Assembly: GCF_004324835.1 (NCBI RefSeq) | Contig: NW_021163190.1 | Span: forward strand, 319,242 to 375,850 | DNA from: Dendronephthya gigantea | Lineage: Eukaryota | Direction of reading: 5' to 3' | Length of the DNA stretch: 56,609 bases | Part shown: piece after piece, positions 1-9,017 of the stretch | Position numbering within the stretch: position 1 is the stretch's first letter | How the letters are laid out: the number at the start of each line of letters is the position of its first letter | Notes under the pieces: generated by a model | The model's database searches: none | Seen by the model: only the letters and a program-made list of their open reading frames with translations | Told to the model about the DNA's origin: nothing | Translations under genes and position numbers: made by a program

Positions 1-226
1 GTGCATTGCAAGCTAATGGGTTAACAAGAGACACTGACAGATAGTTTTGTTAACTTTTTAACTGACAGTACTCTTCCACTGATGAGTAAAATCATCTGAC
101 ATTAGACAGAGTAAAATACTAAAGCAGGTCACATCTGGGTGCATTGCAAGCTAATGGGTTAACAAGAGACACTGACAGATAGTTTTGTTAACTTATTAAC
201 TGACGTACTGTACTCTTCCACTGACC
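1..226 (-). repeat. Short array (about 1.6 units) of a ~140-bp repeat family, here called R140, truncated by the window edge and in inverted orientation relative to the copy at 581..817
   Basis: About 56 bp seen at 1..56 recurs at 136..191. The whole block is the reverse complement of 581..817 and of 54789..54960. Confidence 0.8.
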
Positions 227-249
227 ATCTTTAAATTTCCAACCAACAG

Positions 250-537
250 GTCTTCACAGATATTCATGATGGTTTTGCTGGCCTCTCATCGAGTATACTT
301 CAAGATTTAGCGGACGATTATTCAAAAAAGTTTTCTTTGTGTTTTGCAATGATGCCTGGAATTCTTGGTGATGATGGTAAACAGACTGTTGAAAAGACTA
401 TGTTAAATACTATGCTAAGTTTTGGAAAGTATATTGAGTCAGATTGTCAGGTGATACCACTGTCCTTGAGGAGTAGTTATGGATTGAGAAGGGAACCAGT
501 TGAATTCCCATACATCAATTATAAGGTAAAATATTTT
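250..537 (+). CDS. MSTO1-like: Misato/DML1-like tubulin-related protein, penultimate coding exon (phase 0 at both ends, 96 codons)
   Basis: Acceptor AG at 248-249 and donor GTAAAA at 538. Translation VFTDIHDGFAGLSSSILQDLADDYSKKFSLCFAMMPGILGDD...PLSLRSSYGLRREPVEFPYINYK matches, from my recollection of the human MSTO1 sequence (not checked), a C-terminal segment ([25 protein letters not shown]...[23 protein letters not shown]). Confidence 0.7.
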
Positions 538-580
538 TAATTACAAACTATGAGAGTTTATTTAATGAGTTAAGTGTCTT

Positions 581-817
581 TTGTTAACCCATTAGCTTAC
601 AATGCACCCAGATGTGGCCTACTTTAGTATTTTACTCTGTCTAATGTCAGATGATTTTACCCATCAGTGGAAGAGTACTGTCAGTTAATAAGTTAACAAA
701 ACTGTCTGTCAGTGTCTCTTGTTAACCATTAGCTTGCAATGCACCCAGATGTGACCTAAATAGTATTTTACTCTGTCTAATGTCAGATGATTTTAGTCAT
801 CAGTGGAAGAGTACTGT
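581..817 (+). repeat. R140 repeat family, about 1.6 tandem units, lying inside the Misato intron
   Basis: Direct repetition of ttgttaacccattagcttgcaatgcacccagatgtgacctac...gtcagtgtctc. Same family as 1..226 (inverted) and 54789..54960. Confidence 0.8.
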
Positions 818-866
818 TTATAGGTCAAAAACCAATTCACAATATGACTAACCATGGTATTTTTAG

Positions 867-1577
867 GCTAGTTCCACATACCAAACAAGTGCGATCCTTG
901 CCTCAGCGATAGACACAGCGACATTACCATTTCGACTTTCAAATGACCAGGCTACAGACATCAGCACTTTAATTGGACCCATCTCAGTGGCTGGTAGAAA
1001 GATTTCTGCATTGACTATGGGCTTACCGATTCCTCTGAGCAGCACAGGCTCTGTAAACGACATACTAAATGGACCGATGGATTTTAACATCTCCCTGACA
1101 CCAGATACAAGCCGACCTGAAAGCATTCTTGCACAAACCACTGTAGTCCGTGGAATACCAACCCATTTGCTAAAACTGGAGGAATACAATCTCGTTTCAC
1201 GAAGGTTATCTGCAATGCTTCAGTACAAAACCAACCATGGACATATTTGCCCAAGTTATGTCGTTCAGACCCCTTGTAAGTTCACCCTACAATTTCCAGA
1301 CATTTTTAAACCCTCTGTTACTCAAATTGGTTGCATTATCGAAGATTATAACCGACCAGAAGAGGTCAAAGTTAGTTCTACATCAGCAATGGCTAGTCTT
1401 GTAAATTGTGAAGAAATCTCAAGGCCTTTGGAAAGGCTGTACAAAGACACAAACAAGTTTGACGGAATGAACTATTCAGGGTTTTTAAAAGCAGGAACTG
1501 AACAGGCAGATATTGAAGACAGTAGAGAGAAACTGAAGGTCTTGGCTGAAGCATATAAGTCTGACTATGAACTCTAA
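867..1577 (+). CDS. MSTO1-like: Misato/DML1-like protein, terminal coding exon with stop TAA at 1575..1577
   Basis: Acceptor TTTTAG at 861-866. In frame with the previous exon. ASSTYQTSAILASAIDTATLPFRL matches my recollection of human SAILATALDTVTVPYRL, and the C-terminal LAEAYKSDYEL resembles LAQCYQGGDSLVD. The track's ORF 987..1577 is the tail of this exon. Confidence 0.7.
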   Translation, partial: ASSTYQTSAILASAIDTATLPFRLSNDQATDISTLIGPISVAGRKISALTMGLPIPLSSTGSVNDILNGPMDFNISLTPDTSRPESILAQTTVVRGIPTHLLKLEEYNLVSRRLSAMLQYKTNHGHICPSYVVQTPCKFTLQFPDIFKPSVTQIGCIIEDYNRPEEVKVSSTSAMASLVNCEEISRPLERLYKDTNKFDGMNYSGFLKAGTEQADIEDSREKLKVLAEAYKSDYEL

Positions 1578-2083
1578 GGGCAGGGGGGTTGCCAACATCC
1601 ATACATTAGGGGGGCAAGCATATTTACAGGGCACCATCGTCATAGATTAAACCACTGATCTTCTTAATATATCTGGACTAGTCTTGGTTTTGACTGACCT
1701 TCGCAAATTCTGGAAATCATTATCAATTTGAAAGCTTTTGAAACTAACACAGTTATTTGGAAATGCAAACAAGAATGGTGTGAACAGATTTGATCAATGA
1801 TTTATTCATCAAACTCAAAAAAATAGAATGCATTTATTTACAAATATCAAATATTTTTCAACTATTTAAATAGTTTTCATATTATGTACAATATTCTTGG
1901 ATGAATTCACCATTAAATAATATTCACGAACAGAACTAATATTCAACAAAACAAATTATCAATAATTTTTGTGAACTTTATATATATTGTTTTCCTCTGT
2001 AAACTTCAATGAAATGGTTTTATGCATGAGTCAATTCGAACTCCCCCCCGGGCGACCCCAGGAACACTACTGCAAAATAATTT

Positions 2084-2132
2084 ATCCCGGGGGGCGGATT
2101 GTCAAACAGATTTCATCCCGGGGGGCGGAATC
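2084..2132 (+). promoter_or_regulatory. Two GC-box-like motifs (atcccggggggcgga, twice; core GGGGCGG), with a third cccccccgggcga at ~2044
   Basis: Direct sequence observation. They lie 3' of the Misato stop and 5' of the palindromic CRE/CCAAT element. Confidence 0.4.
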
Positions 2133-2170
2133 TAGTGAAGGAGAGGTATACGTAAATAGGATCCACTAAA

Positions 2171-2297
2171 TAGACCTTTTTCATGATGACGTCAAACGCG
2201 GGAGGTCCGATGTTACACGAAGTTTGATTGGCTCAATGACTTTTGTGGAGCCAATCAAATTTCGTGTAACATCAGACTTTCGCGTTTGCCGCCATTT
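2171..2297. mobile_element. Palindromic (MITE-like) element carrying TGACGTCA (CRE, 2187..2194) and a CCAAT/ATTGG pair (2226..2231, 2251..2256). Copy 1, with the right arm degenerated to gccgccattt.
   Basis: Near-perfect hairpin. The same about 140-bp element recurs at 45139..45278 with both arms intact. Confidence 0.65.
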
Positions 2298-2319
2298 ACT
2301 TCAAAAAGCTCCATTCAAA

Positions 2320-2413
2320 ATGGCGAAAAATTCAAAGCAGTTCTTTCGGGAAAGTCCAGAAGTTGCCGCGTGGTTAGAAAGAAATTTAGGAAAGCTAAAG
2401 GCAAATTTTGAAG
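2320..2413 (+). CDS. Putative first coding exon (MAKNSKQFFRESPEVAAWLERNLGKLKANFEG) with ATG in the context aaaATGg, followed by donor GTATGG
   Basis: Lies immediately 3' of the GC-box + CRE + CCAAT block. It ends at a consensus GT donor. No downstream exons identified. Confidence 0.25.
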
Positions 2414-2951
2414 GTATGGATTTTTAAAATGTGTAAATTTCAAACTTTTATGTAAAGCGGCGGTTAAAAACATTAAAAACATGATGAAAAACAATACTAT
2501 CAAGATCGGAGACGAAAAAGCATTCTGGTGAAGGGTTTATTTTGCTAAATAAAACTATTCTTTGCAGTTAGTTGTGTTAAATAAATGCAAATTCATATCT
2601 GTAGTTAACAAGAGGGTAGATTTAGCATTTCGTATTTTGAAGTTTTAATAAAAGAAAGAAACGATATAAGTAATATAAATAAAAGAAACGACATAAATAA
2701 TCTTGGGAGAAGGGAATTTGCTCATATAAAATGAAAAAATATATACAAATCTCAGGGGTACTGCCCGAAGGGAAAATCGTAATAGTTCAAATTGACTCAC
2801 ATAATATAATATAGAGCGCCATAGTTTATTATAACAGGACTGCCTTTCTTATTTTTTTCATAAGGTTGCCTCCAGTATTTTTCACACTAAAAAAATATGA
2901 GATATACGTTAGATAAAGGTAAATTTGACCGTGAAAATGATAAGAAAAGAT

Positions 2952-3440
2952 ACATCAACTATCATTGCCTGATTAAAGCATTAAAACAAGAACAAGAGTT
3001 GCATGAGAGTTGACAAGTGAGGGTTTACATGAGAGTTTCATCAACTATCATTGCTTGATCAAACGAGAACTAGAGTTGCATGAGAGTTGACAAGTGAGGG
3101 TTTACATGAGAGTTTCATCAACTATCATTGCTTGATCAAACGAGAACAAGAGTTGCATGAGAGTTGACAAGTGAGAGTTTACATGAGAGTTTCATCAACT
3201 ATCATTGCTTGATCAAACGAGAACAAGAGTTGCATGAGAGTTGACAAGTGAGAGTTTACATGAGAGTTTCATCAACTATCATTGCTTGATCAAACGAGAA
3301 CAAGAGTTGCATGAGAGTTGACAAGCGAGAGTTTACATGAGAGTTTCATCAACTATCATTACTTGATCGAACGAGAACAAGAGTTGCATGAGAGTTGACA
3401 AGCGAGAGTTTACATGAGAGTTTCATCAACTATCATTGCA
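2952..3440 (+). repeat. 77-bp satellite (tcatcaactatcattgcttgatcaaacgagaacaagagttgcatgagagttgacaagtgagagtttacatgagagtt), about 6.3 copies
   Basis: Exact period of 77 measured (copy starts 3038, 3115, 3192...). The same family occurs inverted at 11822..12330 and 19890..20085. Confidence 0.9.
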
Positions 3441-3448
3441 AAACATTC

Positions 3449-6400
3449 TCACCTTTTCGGCCGACATTTAACCATTTTCTTAATGCCTTTCGTCTTTTTT
3501 GTCACACGTTTGGCCGCTTCTTTTGTCACCTCAACTTGTTTGGCGGCTTTCTCTTTTGATTTTTCCGTATCTTCCTCAACTTGTGGGGTGCTGTCTGAAG
3601 TCTTCATCGACTGTCTTTGCGTTTTAACTTTATTCATCAACTCGTACTGTTTCCGCATCGTTTGAAAAAACTGTAATTTCCGAGAAACGAAGAACGCTTC
3701 GTCGACATCTGGTCCCATTATCCAAGCATAATGATTTTCGAGTTTCTCCAAAACTTTTTTCTTGTTCTTTGTCTTCCAAGGCGTCTTTTCTTCCTCGATA
3801 CTTTCCTTGACTTGGGCAATTCGCCCTTGTAAAATTTCTGTCCATTCAGCTAAAGAAAGTTCTTCTTTCTGCTGCGTCTCTTTCCCCGGTGACGTGGAGC
3901 GCGCAATCTCCAGGGGTTGAATCTCGTGGAGCTGGGGGTCATTTTCCTGGCCATTTTTGTCGTAGGTTTTTTCTTCCCAGGGTTGAGTTGGGCTTGGTTT
4001 TCTCACCGAGGGTTGAATATCGTGGGGGTTTTTCTCCGAGGGACTTAACACTGGGGAGTTAGGATCTGCTGTTGTTATTATGATACGCGAATTACTGTCT
4101 TTTGTGACGAGAAGCAAGTTATTAAGATCCTTAGGCGGACATATCGATGTCTGTGTTGTCGTTTTGGGCACGTCATCAGTAGTGAAATCGCCATCTTGAA
4201 TTCCGCCTTCTTCCGACAATTTCCGACGTTTGTACTGCTCCGAAACAAGTTTCGTAGAATCATGGAACTTGTACGATTTCTGACCCGAGCTTTTTCGCTT
4301 TCGATTTTCGTCGCCGGATTCTCGGTTTTCCTCGGCCAAAAATCCCGTCTCTAATTCTTTCCAGGAATTTCGCCTGATGTCAGGAGAGACAGTTGAATTT
4401 TCACTACAACTATCCTTTGTCGCGTTACTCTGCTCAAGTTTCAGCGAATAAGTCTCCCACTGCTGCGATACAGGTTTCTTATCACGTGAGCCGACTATGC
4501 TGTTCACGTGAGCTTCGGACTTTGCTCCCTTGGGTGTTGCATCCTTTTTGACAACGCTAAAATGAAGTACATTCAAATCATCGCCGAGCTCGGGACTCTC
4601 CGTCTTGTGTATTACATCATCTTCTTCGGGTATGACGATGTATTTTATACCAGAGTCCTTTGCAGGTTTTTCTGAGCCCGCACTCCCGCATTGCAGCAGT
4701 TGCTTCAATTCGTTGTCCAAACCAATGACCTGAGGTTTTAGCAAATTTTTCAATTCACTTTTCGAGCCCAAAGACTCCTGTTTCAGCGGTTGCTTGACCT
4801 CCGGTGACTTCTTCACACCGACCACGATTCCGGTCGGTTTTGGACCAACTTTAGGTAGTTTCACGACGGTCTGGTTGCTGTCGGTTCCAGGCTTCTCAGT
4901 GAACTCGGTGTCATATTTGCGACATAAAAGTTCGTCACGTGGCATTGTCTTCAAAGGCTTGCTGTCATCCAGGCAGTCTTGAATACTCGATTTAAATTTT
5001 TCAACAAATTCGTTCTTGGTAATGCAATTCTCTCGGTTTTTTAATCCGTGTGACGAATATCTCGGTTCATAGGTAAGACTCCTAGATCGTTCACTTTTGA
5101 ATTCCGGCCTGCTTTCCGTCCGATCATATTCCGAAAGAGATCGTATCAACTTCGGCATGCCTTCGTAGTTTCTCGTCGGCTTTTGGTATTCTCCAGAGTT
5201 TACAGAACCGCTCCTTTCCGGGAAGGACTGGCGACTGGAAGAAATGTCCATTCTCTGATCGAAACTCAGGCTTCCATCATTGGCGTGGTTCTTGGAAACA
5301 TTTGACAACATTCTGCGAATTTTTCTCGCAGCATCCTGGAGAGAATTCCCAGCGATTTCTGCGGATCCCGCGACAAAATACTCCGATTTATCATCAAGAC
5401 ACCTCTTAAGTCCCCTGCTCTCATCCGACAACAACTGCTCACTCATGATGGCACTCTGTGTACCTGAATGTCCCGCACTTTCCCGCTCGTATAGAACAGA
5501 CCGATAACTCGTGCTCAGCCCATTCCCCCCATGCTCGCGGTTCGTTCCCAAGCCATTCTGCTTGTAGTTCGACGTGGTCACCTCTTGACTATCATTCGTA
5601 TTATTGTTGAAATCATAGGAATCTCTTCTGACCCTACTCGGCCCAGTTTCATCAATCGTCTTACGGCCGAGTTTTTCGCTTTCTAACCGAACGGACTGTT
5701 CCCCGGGTGCTTTAACCCCGGTAATAACACAGGCACTTTCACCATCGCTATTACGAGATGGATTTAAATCCACATTCTCCCGTAGAAAATCGTCGCTACC
5801 TCCATCTATTCTGTAAACCGGACTGGCAGCTGTGAAAACATCTCCATTTTCGTCGCTGGAAAGCGGTGAAGATATCTTCAATCCTTCGTCTTCCGAATCT
5901 GATATGACCACAACGGTTGGTGAACTACGACGCTTTTTTCTCCGTTGCGCCTTTCGCTGTTCAATAATGTCCGCAACTTTCATAGCTAACAAAGTCGAAT
6001 TCTTCACATCACCGGCATTTAGTCCCTTCGAATTAGGTTCCTTCGAATTTGGTCCCCCCGAATAAGGTTCCCTTGAAACAGGTTCCTTCGAATTCGTTTC
6101 CCCTGAATAAGGTTCCCTCGAAATAGGTTCCTTCCAAATAGGTTCTTTCGAAATAGGTTCCTTCGAATTTAGTTCCTCCGAATTAGGTTCCTTCGAGTTT
6201 AGTCCCTTCGAATTTGGTCCCTTCGAATAAAGTTCCTTTAAGTTCTTTGGTGCCTCGACATTTCGCACCACGGAGCAAAGTTTCTCGATAGATTGACTTG
6301 ATGCTCTTGTGTACCCGGCATTTGTGTCCTCGGAGTTTCGTACTACGGGATTGTGTCCCTCGGTAGCAGATGTTCTTATCTCGGTATTTCTTGTATTTGA

Positions 6401-6691
6401 ACTATATTTCGCGTAGGTCCAATCTTCCCGGGAGGTGTAAGTGCCGGTAGTAGAAGTTTCAGAATATTGTGAGCCAACGTGACCGGTACTATATCTCCTC
6501 ATATCACTGGTGGGTTGAATATTTGCCACATATTTCCCCGCTTGGATTGTGGACTGGGGTTTCGAGGTGAGGGTTTGGCCTATGGGTTGTGAGTGTGTCT
6601 CGCGATGGGGTAGAGTTTGGCCTATGGGTTGTGGGTGTGTCTCGCGATGGGGTAGAGTTTGGCCTATGGGTTGTGGGTGTGTCTCGCGACG
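3449..6691 (-). CDS. Large single-exon gene, 3' part (frame A). Low-complexity Ser/Lys/Glu-rich protein with (NSKEP)n repeats, a lysine-rich C-terminus and a predicted helical C-terminal segment. Function unknown.
   Basis: 1026-codon open frame in AT-rich DNA. The frame stays open upstream of the listed GTG 'start', through the 42-bp repeats, reading PHRETHPQPIGQTL repeats, up to the 1-nt deletion at ~6690. Confidence 0.55.
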   Translation of the reverse strand, partial: RRETHPQPIGQTLPHRETHPQPIGQTLPHRETHSQPIGQTLTSKPQSTIQAGKYVANIQPTSDMRRYSTGHVGSQYSETSTTGTYTSREDWTYAKYSSNTRNTEIRTSATEGHNPVVRNSEDTNAGYTRASSQSIEKLCSVVRNVEAPKNLKELYSKGPNSKGLNSKEPNSEELNSKEPISKEPIWKEPISREPYSGETNSKEPVSREPYSGGPNSKEPNSKGLNAGDVKNSTLLAMKVADIIEQRKAQRRKKRRSSPTVVVISDSEDEGLKISSPLSSDENGDVFTAASPVYRIDGGSDDFLRENVDLNPSRNSDGESACVITGVKAPGEQSVRLESEKLGRKTIDETGPSRVRRDSYDFNNNTNDSQEVTTSNYKQNGLGTNREHGGNGLSTSYRSVLYERESAGHSGTQSAIMSEQLLSDESRGLKRCLDDKSEYFVAGSAEIAGNSLQDAARKIRRMLSNVSKNHANDGSLSFDQRMDISSSRQSFPERSGSVNSGEYQKPTRNYEGMPKLIRSLSEYDRTESRPEFKSERSRSLTYEPRYSSHGLKNRENCITKNEFVEKFKSSIQDCLDDSKPLKTMPRDELLCRKYDTEFTEKPGTDSNQTVVKLPKVGPKPTGIVVGVKKSPEVKQPLKQESLGSKSELKNLLKPQVIGLDNELKQLLQCGSAGSEKPAKDSGIKYIVIPEEDDVIHKTESPELGDDLNVLHFSVVKKDATPKGAKSEAHVNSIVGSRDKKPVSQQWETYSLKLEQSNATKDSCSENSTVSPDIRRNSWKELETGFLAEENRESGDENRKRKSSGQKSYKFHDSTKLVSEQYKRRKLSEEGGIQDGDFTTDDVPKTTTQTSICPPKDLNNLLLVTKDSNSRIIITTADPNSPVLSPSEKNPHDIQPSVRKPSPTQPWEEKTYDKNGQENDPQLHEIQPLEIARSTSPGKETQQKEELSLAEWTEILQGRIAQVKESIEEEKTPWKTKNKKKVLEKLENHYAWIMGPDVDEAFFVSRKLQFFQTMRKQYELMNKVKTQRQSMKTSDSTPQVEEDTEKSKEKAAKQVEVTKEAAKRVTKKTKGIKKMVKCRPKR
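6000..6245 (-). repeat. 15-nt coding tandem repeat (ggttccttcgaatta; about 16 copies) encoding (NSKEP)n-like pentapeptides inside the large gene
   Basis: Direct observation. The period is a multiple of 3 and preserves the frame. Confidence 0.85.
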
Positions 6692-6740
6692 GGTAGAGTT
6701 TGGCCTATGGGTTGTGGGTGTGTCTCGCGATGGGGTGGAT
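6574..6740 (-). repeat. 42-bp coding minisatellite, 4 units (tttggcctatgggttgtgggtgtgtctcgcgatggggtagag). The third unit is 41 bp.
   Basis: Unit starts at 6574, 6616, 6658 and 6699. The unit at 6658..6698 has gcgacgggtag instead of gcgatggggtag. Confidence 0.9.
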
Positions 6741-7800
6741 TTTCAACCATTTCATTTCGGTGGACGAGACCTGGTCGTTCATGCGAACCGGTGGACAATG
6801 ACCGATGGCGGAGTACCTCCAGATTATGATTAGAGGCCAGTGGCTGGTGTGCGGGTTGTTCTTGCCCGGAAGCAGGTGGATACCATTCCCTTGCAGCACG
6901 ATCGTGACTTTGGCGCCAAACTTTTAGATGAAAGTCCCTTGAGAATCTATCTGTGGAAGACGGCATGGATAACTGACGCGCGTATTGTCGAGCTCTTGCG
7001 CCGTTTTCCGAGTACGGTACGACGTTCTGACGAAGTTGGATACCGCTTTCCGATTGTTGGCCGATACTTTGCCGATGTTGTGTTAGATCTTGCGTGCCTA
7101 GTACGATGTTTTCTTGATACTGAACGGCGTTCTTCGGGTGCTGTACGATGTTCTGCCGAAGTGGGACGACGTTTTCCGGATGGGACCGAAATGTGCCGGT
7201 GGAGTTTCGCCTTATCGTTGCTTCCTGCGTGCGTGGCGATAGATTCGCTGCGTGTCGAGGGTATTGCATTTGCATATTGTGCGCTTTGGATATCGTAGGA
7301 GGAATTGGACGGCCATTGTAAAAGGGGGGAGAGGGAACATTTGTTTTTCCCGTTTGAGGGGAGATAACCCGCTGTTCTGTTGAATAACGGCTTGGTGTGT
7401 GAATCAACGCTGGAGGGGACCTTTGTACGGTCGGATAATGTTGCGTAGTTGCTGCCCGTTGGTTGGAATACCCGGTATCGAACCTTTCCAGGGACAAATT
7501 TCCGACGGGGTATCGTCTCTGACGAGGACGTCCGGTGGGATATTTCCTCCCGGTAGGGGAACTATTTTCGACAAGGTGCGTTTCCCCGGTATGTCGTTTT
7601 CCCCCGGTAGGGTTTGTTTCCCCGCTACGTACTTTTTCGCCGGATTTCTTAGGAACAGATGAGACCGTGACGATTTTCGGCATGGAAGGATGGTCGAAGA
7701 CGAGTCCTTGTATTTCTTTGCCATCTGGTTGCTTCCTTGATCGGCATAAAACAACGCTTTTTGATTTCCGTTGGATATTCGCTTCACCGTTCATGTCTGA
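6664..7800 (-). CDS. Same gene, 5' part (frame B), ending in ...ENPPHRETHPQPIGQTLP then a frameshift and stop. Strong 3' splice site ccccattttattttcag immediately before ACATGAACGG at ~7800.
   Basis: 387-codon ORF, Pro/Gln/Ser/Thr-rich. Its repeat peptide is identical to the one read in frame A downstream of the deletion. Confidence 0.5.
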   Translation of the reverse strand, partial: SDMNGEANIQRKSKSVVLCRSRKQPDGKEIQGLVFDHPSMPKIVTVSSVPKKSGEKVRSGETNPTGGKRHTGETHLVENSSPTGRKYPTGRPRQRRYPVGNLSLERFDTGYSNQRAATTQHYPTVQRSPPALIHTPSRYSTEQRVISPQTGKTNVPSPPFYNGRPIPPTISKAHNMQMQYPRHAANLSPRTQEATIRRNSTGTFRSHPENVVPLRQNIVQHPKNAVQYQENIVLGTQDLTQHRQSIGQQSESGIQLRQNVVPYSENGARARQYARQLSMPSSTDRFSRDFHLKVWRQSHDRAAREWYPPASGQEQPAHQPLASNHNLEVLRHRSLSTGSHERPGLVHRNEMVENPPHRETHPQPIGQTLPVARHTHNP

Positions 7801-7887
7801 AAATAAAATGGGGAAAAATTTTCGCAAATTTTGATAAATTATGATAATATTAGAAGACTTTAAATTATAGTGCTTTCAATGATAGCG

Positions 7888-8048
7888 TGGGTCTCCACCG
7901 CAGAGAAATACTTCGCTAGCGAAATATTCGCATATTTTCTTTAGAATTTTGACGGAATAACTACATTAGTTCAGTTTAACTCTATGCATTTCAAATGAAA
8001 ATATGCAAATATTTCGCTAGCAACTATTCGCTGGAAGTGGAAATCCAG
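7888..8048. mobile_element. Divergent member of the Tourist-like MITE family (gggtctccaccgcagagaaat...ggaagtggaaatccagcc)
   Basis: Terminal inverted repeats (TIRs). Related to 46610..46778, 35172..35339 and 27756..27921. Confidence 0.5.
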
Positions 8049-8809
8049 CCTTAAGTCTCAAAATTGTTTCGAAGTTACTCAGATGATCTCGACGAAGCGA
8101 ATTTGTAACGTTTGTTAGATGAGGATTTTACATTAATGTGGTTCAGATCTCAGTTTAACTACTACTTTTATTACCATCGAGGGAACATCGACCAAGAGAG
8201 AAATTTTAGGCTTGCATTTATTAGAATTGATGTCATCGATGTCATAATAGAAATGACTTGAAATTTGCATAGCGGAAAAAATTCGTCGGGATGGCTACGC
8301 CATTGCAAAGAAGGTAGTTTTCATCTCGTTTTTGTATCATTTGCGAGAAGAATTTTCAATGCTTCCGTCAAGTAAACTTCTATCACGTTGAATACTTTGA
8401 AATCATCTAGTTCGGTTTATAAATTTCAAAAATTTGTATGCGCGACGGAGAATATAATCTTAACTGCCTGAAACTCGCATAAAAAACGAACTTGAAGATC
8501 TTTGCGAGACGCAAGATCGATATCAAATGGATTTGAAGCCATCTCAATTTAGATAGACAAAGATTGACTCTCAGACACTCAGACTCCAGACATGCTTCCA
8601 ATAGCAATATTATTATTTAATTACAGAGTGCTTGAACAGTACCCTAAGAACGAACAGACGTTTTTGAGACGGGAACATCGATTCGGCGCCAGAATAAATT
8701 GCTTCGCGCGCTATTTCAATTGTTTACATAATATATACCTGCATATCGTGTAGACATCACACTTAAAATATTTGGATGTCAGGATATATTTCAGGTATCC
8801 ATTTTGTTT

Positions 8810-8956
8810 AAGCCCGTTTTCCATTAGGCGAATTTATTCGCGCGAACAGATAAAGAAGCGGTTCTACTTTTTCGCGGCGAGTTTCTTCGCAAACCAATCA
8901 CATCACCGGATTTCAGATACCGGTTATTTATTCGCTTATAGTGGAAAACGGGCTTT
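8810..8956. mobile_element. MITE with TIR aagcccgttttccattaggcgaatttattcgcgcgaa
   Basis: TIRs seen directly. Paralogous copy at 16129..16268 with a truncated right TIR. Confidence 0.55.
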
Positions 8957-9017
8957 AAACTTGTTTATGTATCGTCGTACAAATGTTTCAATGCTGGAAA
9001 ATTTAACTAAAGGCCTA

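Noticed and set aside
987-1577. The 196-aa ORF taken as a stand-alone gene, and the minus ORF at 863..1189
   Set aside because: 987 is an internal Met of the Misato terminal exon, which starts at the 867 acceptor. The antisense ORF overlaps a coding exon with clear homology on the + strand.
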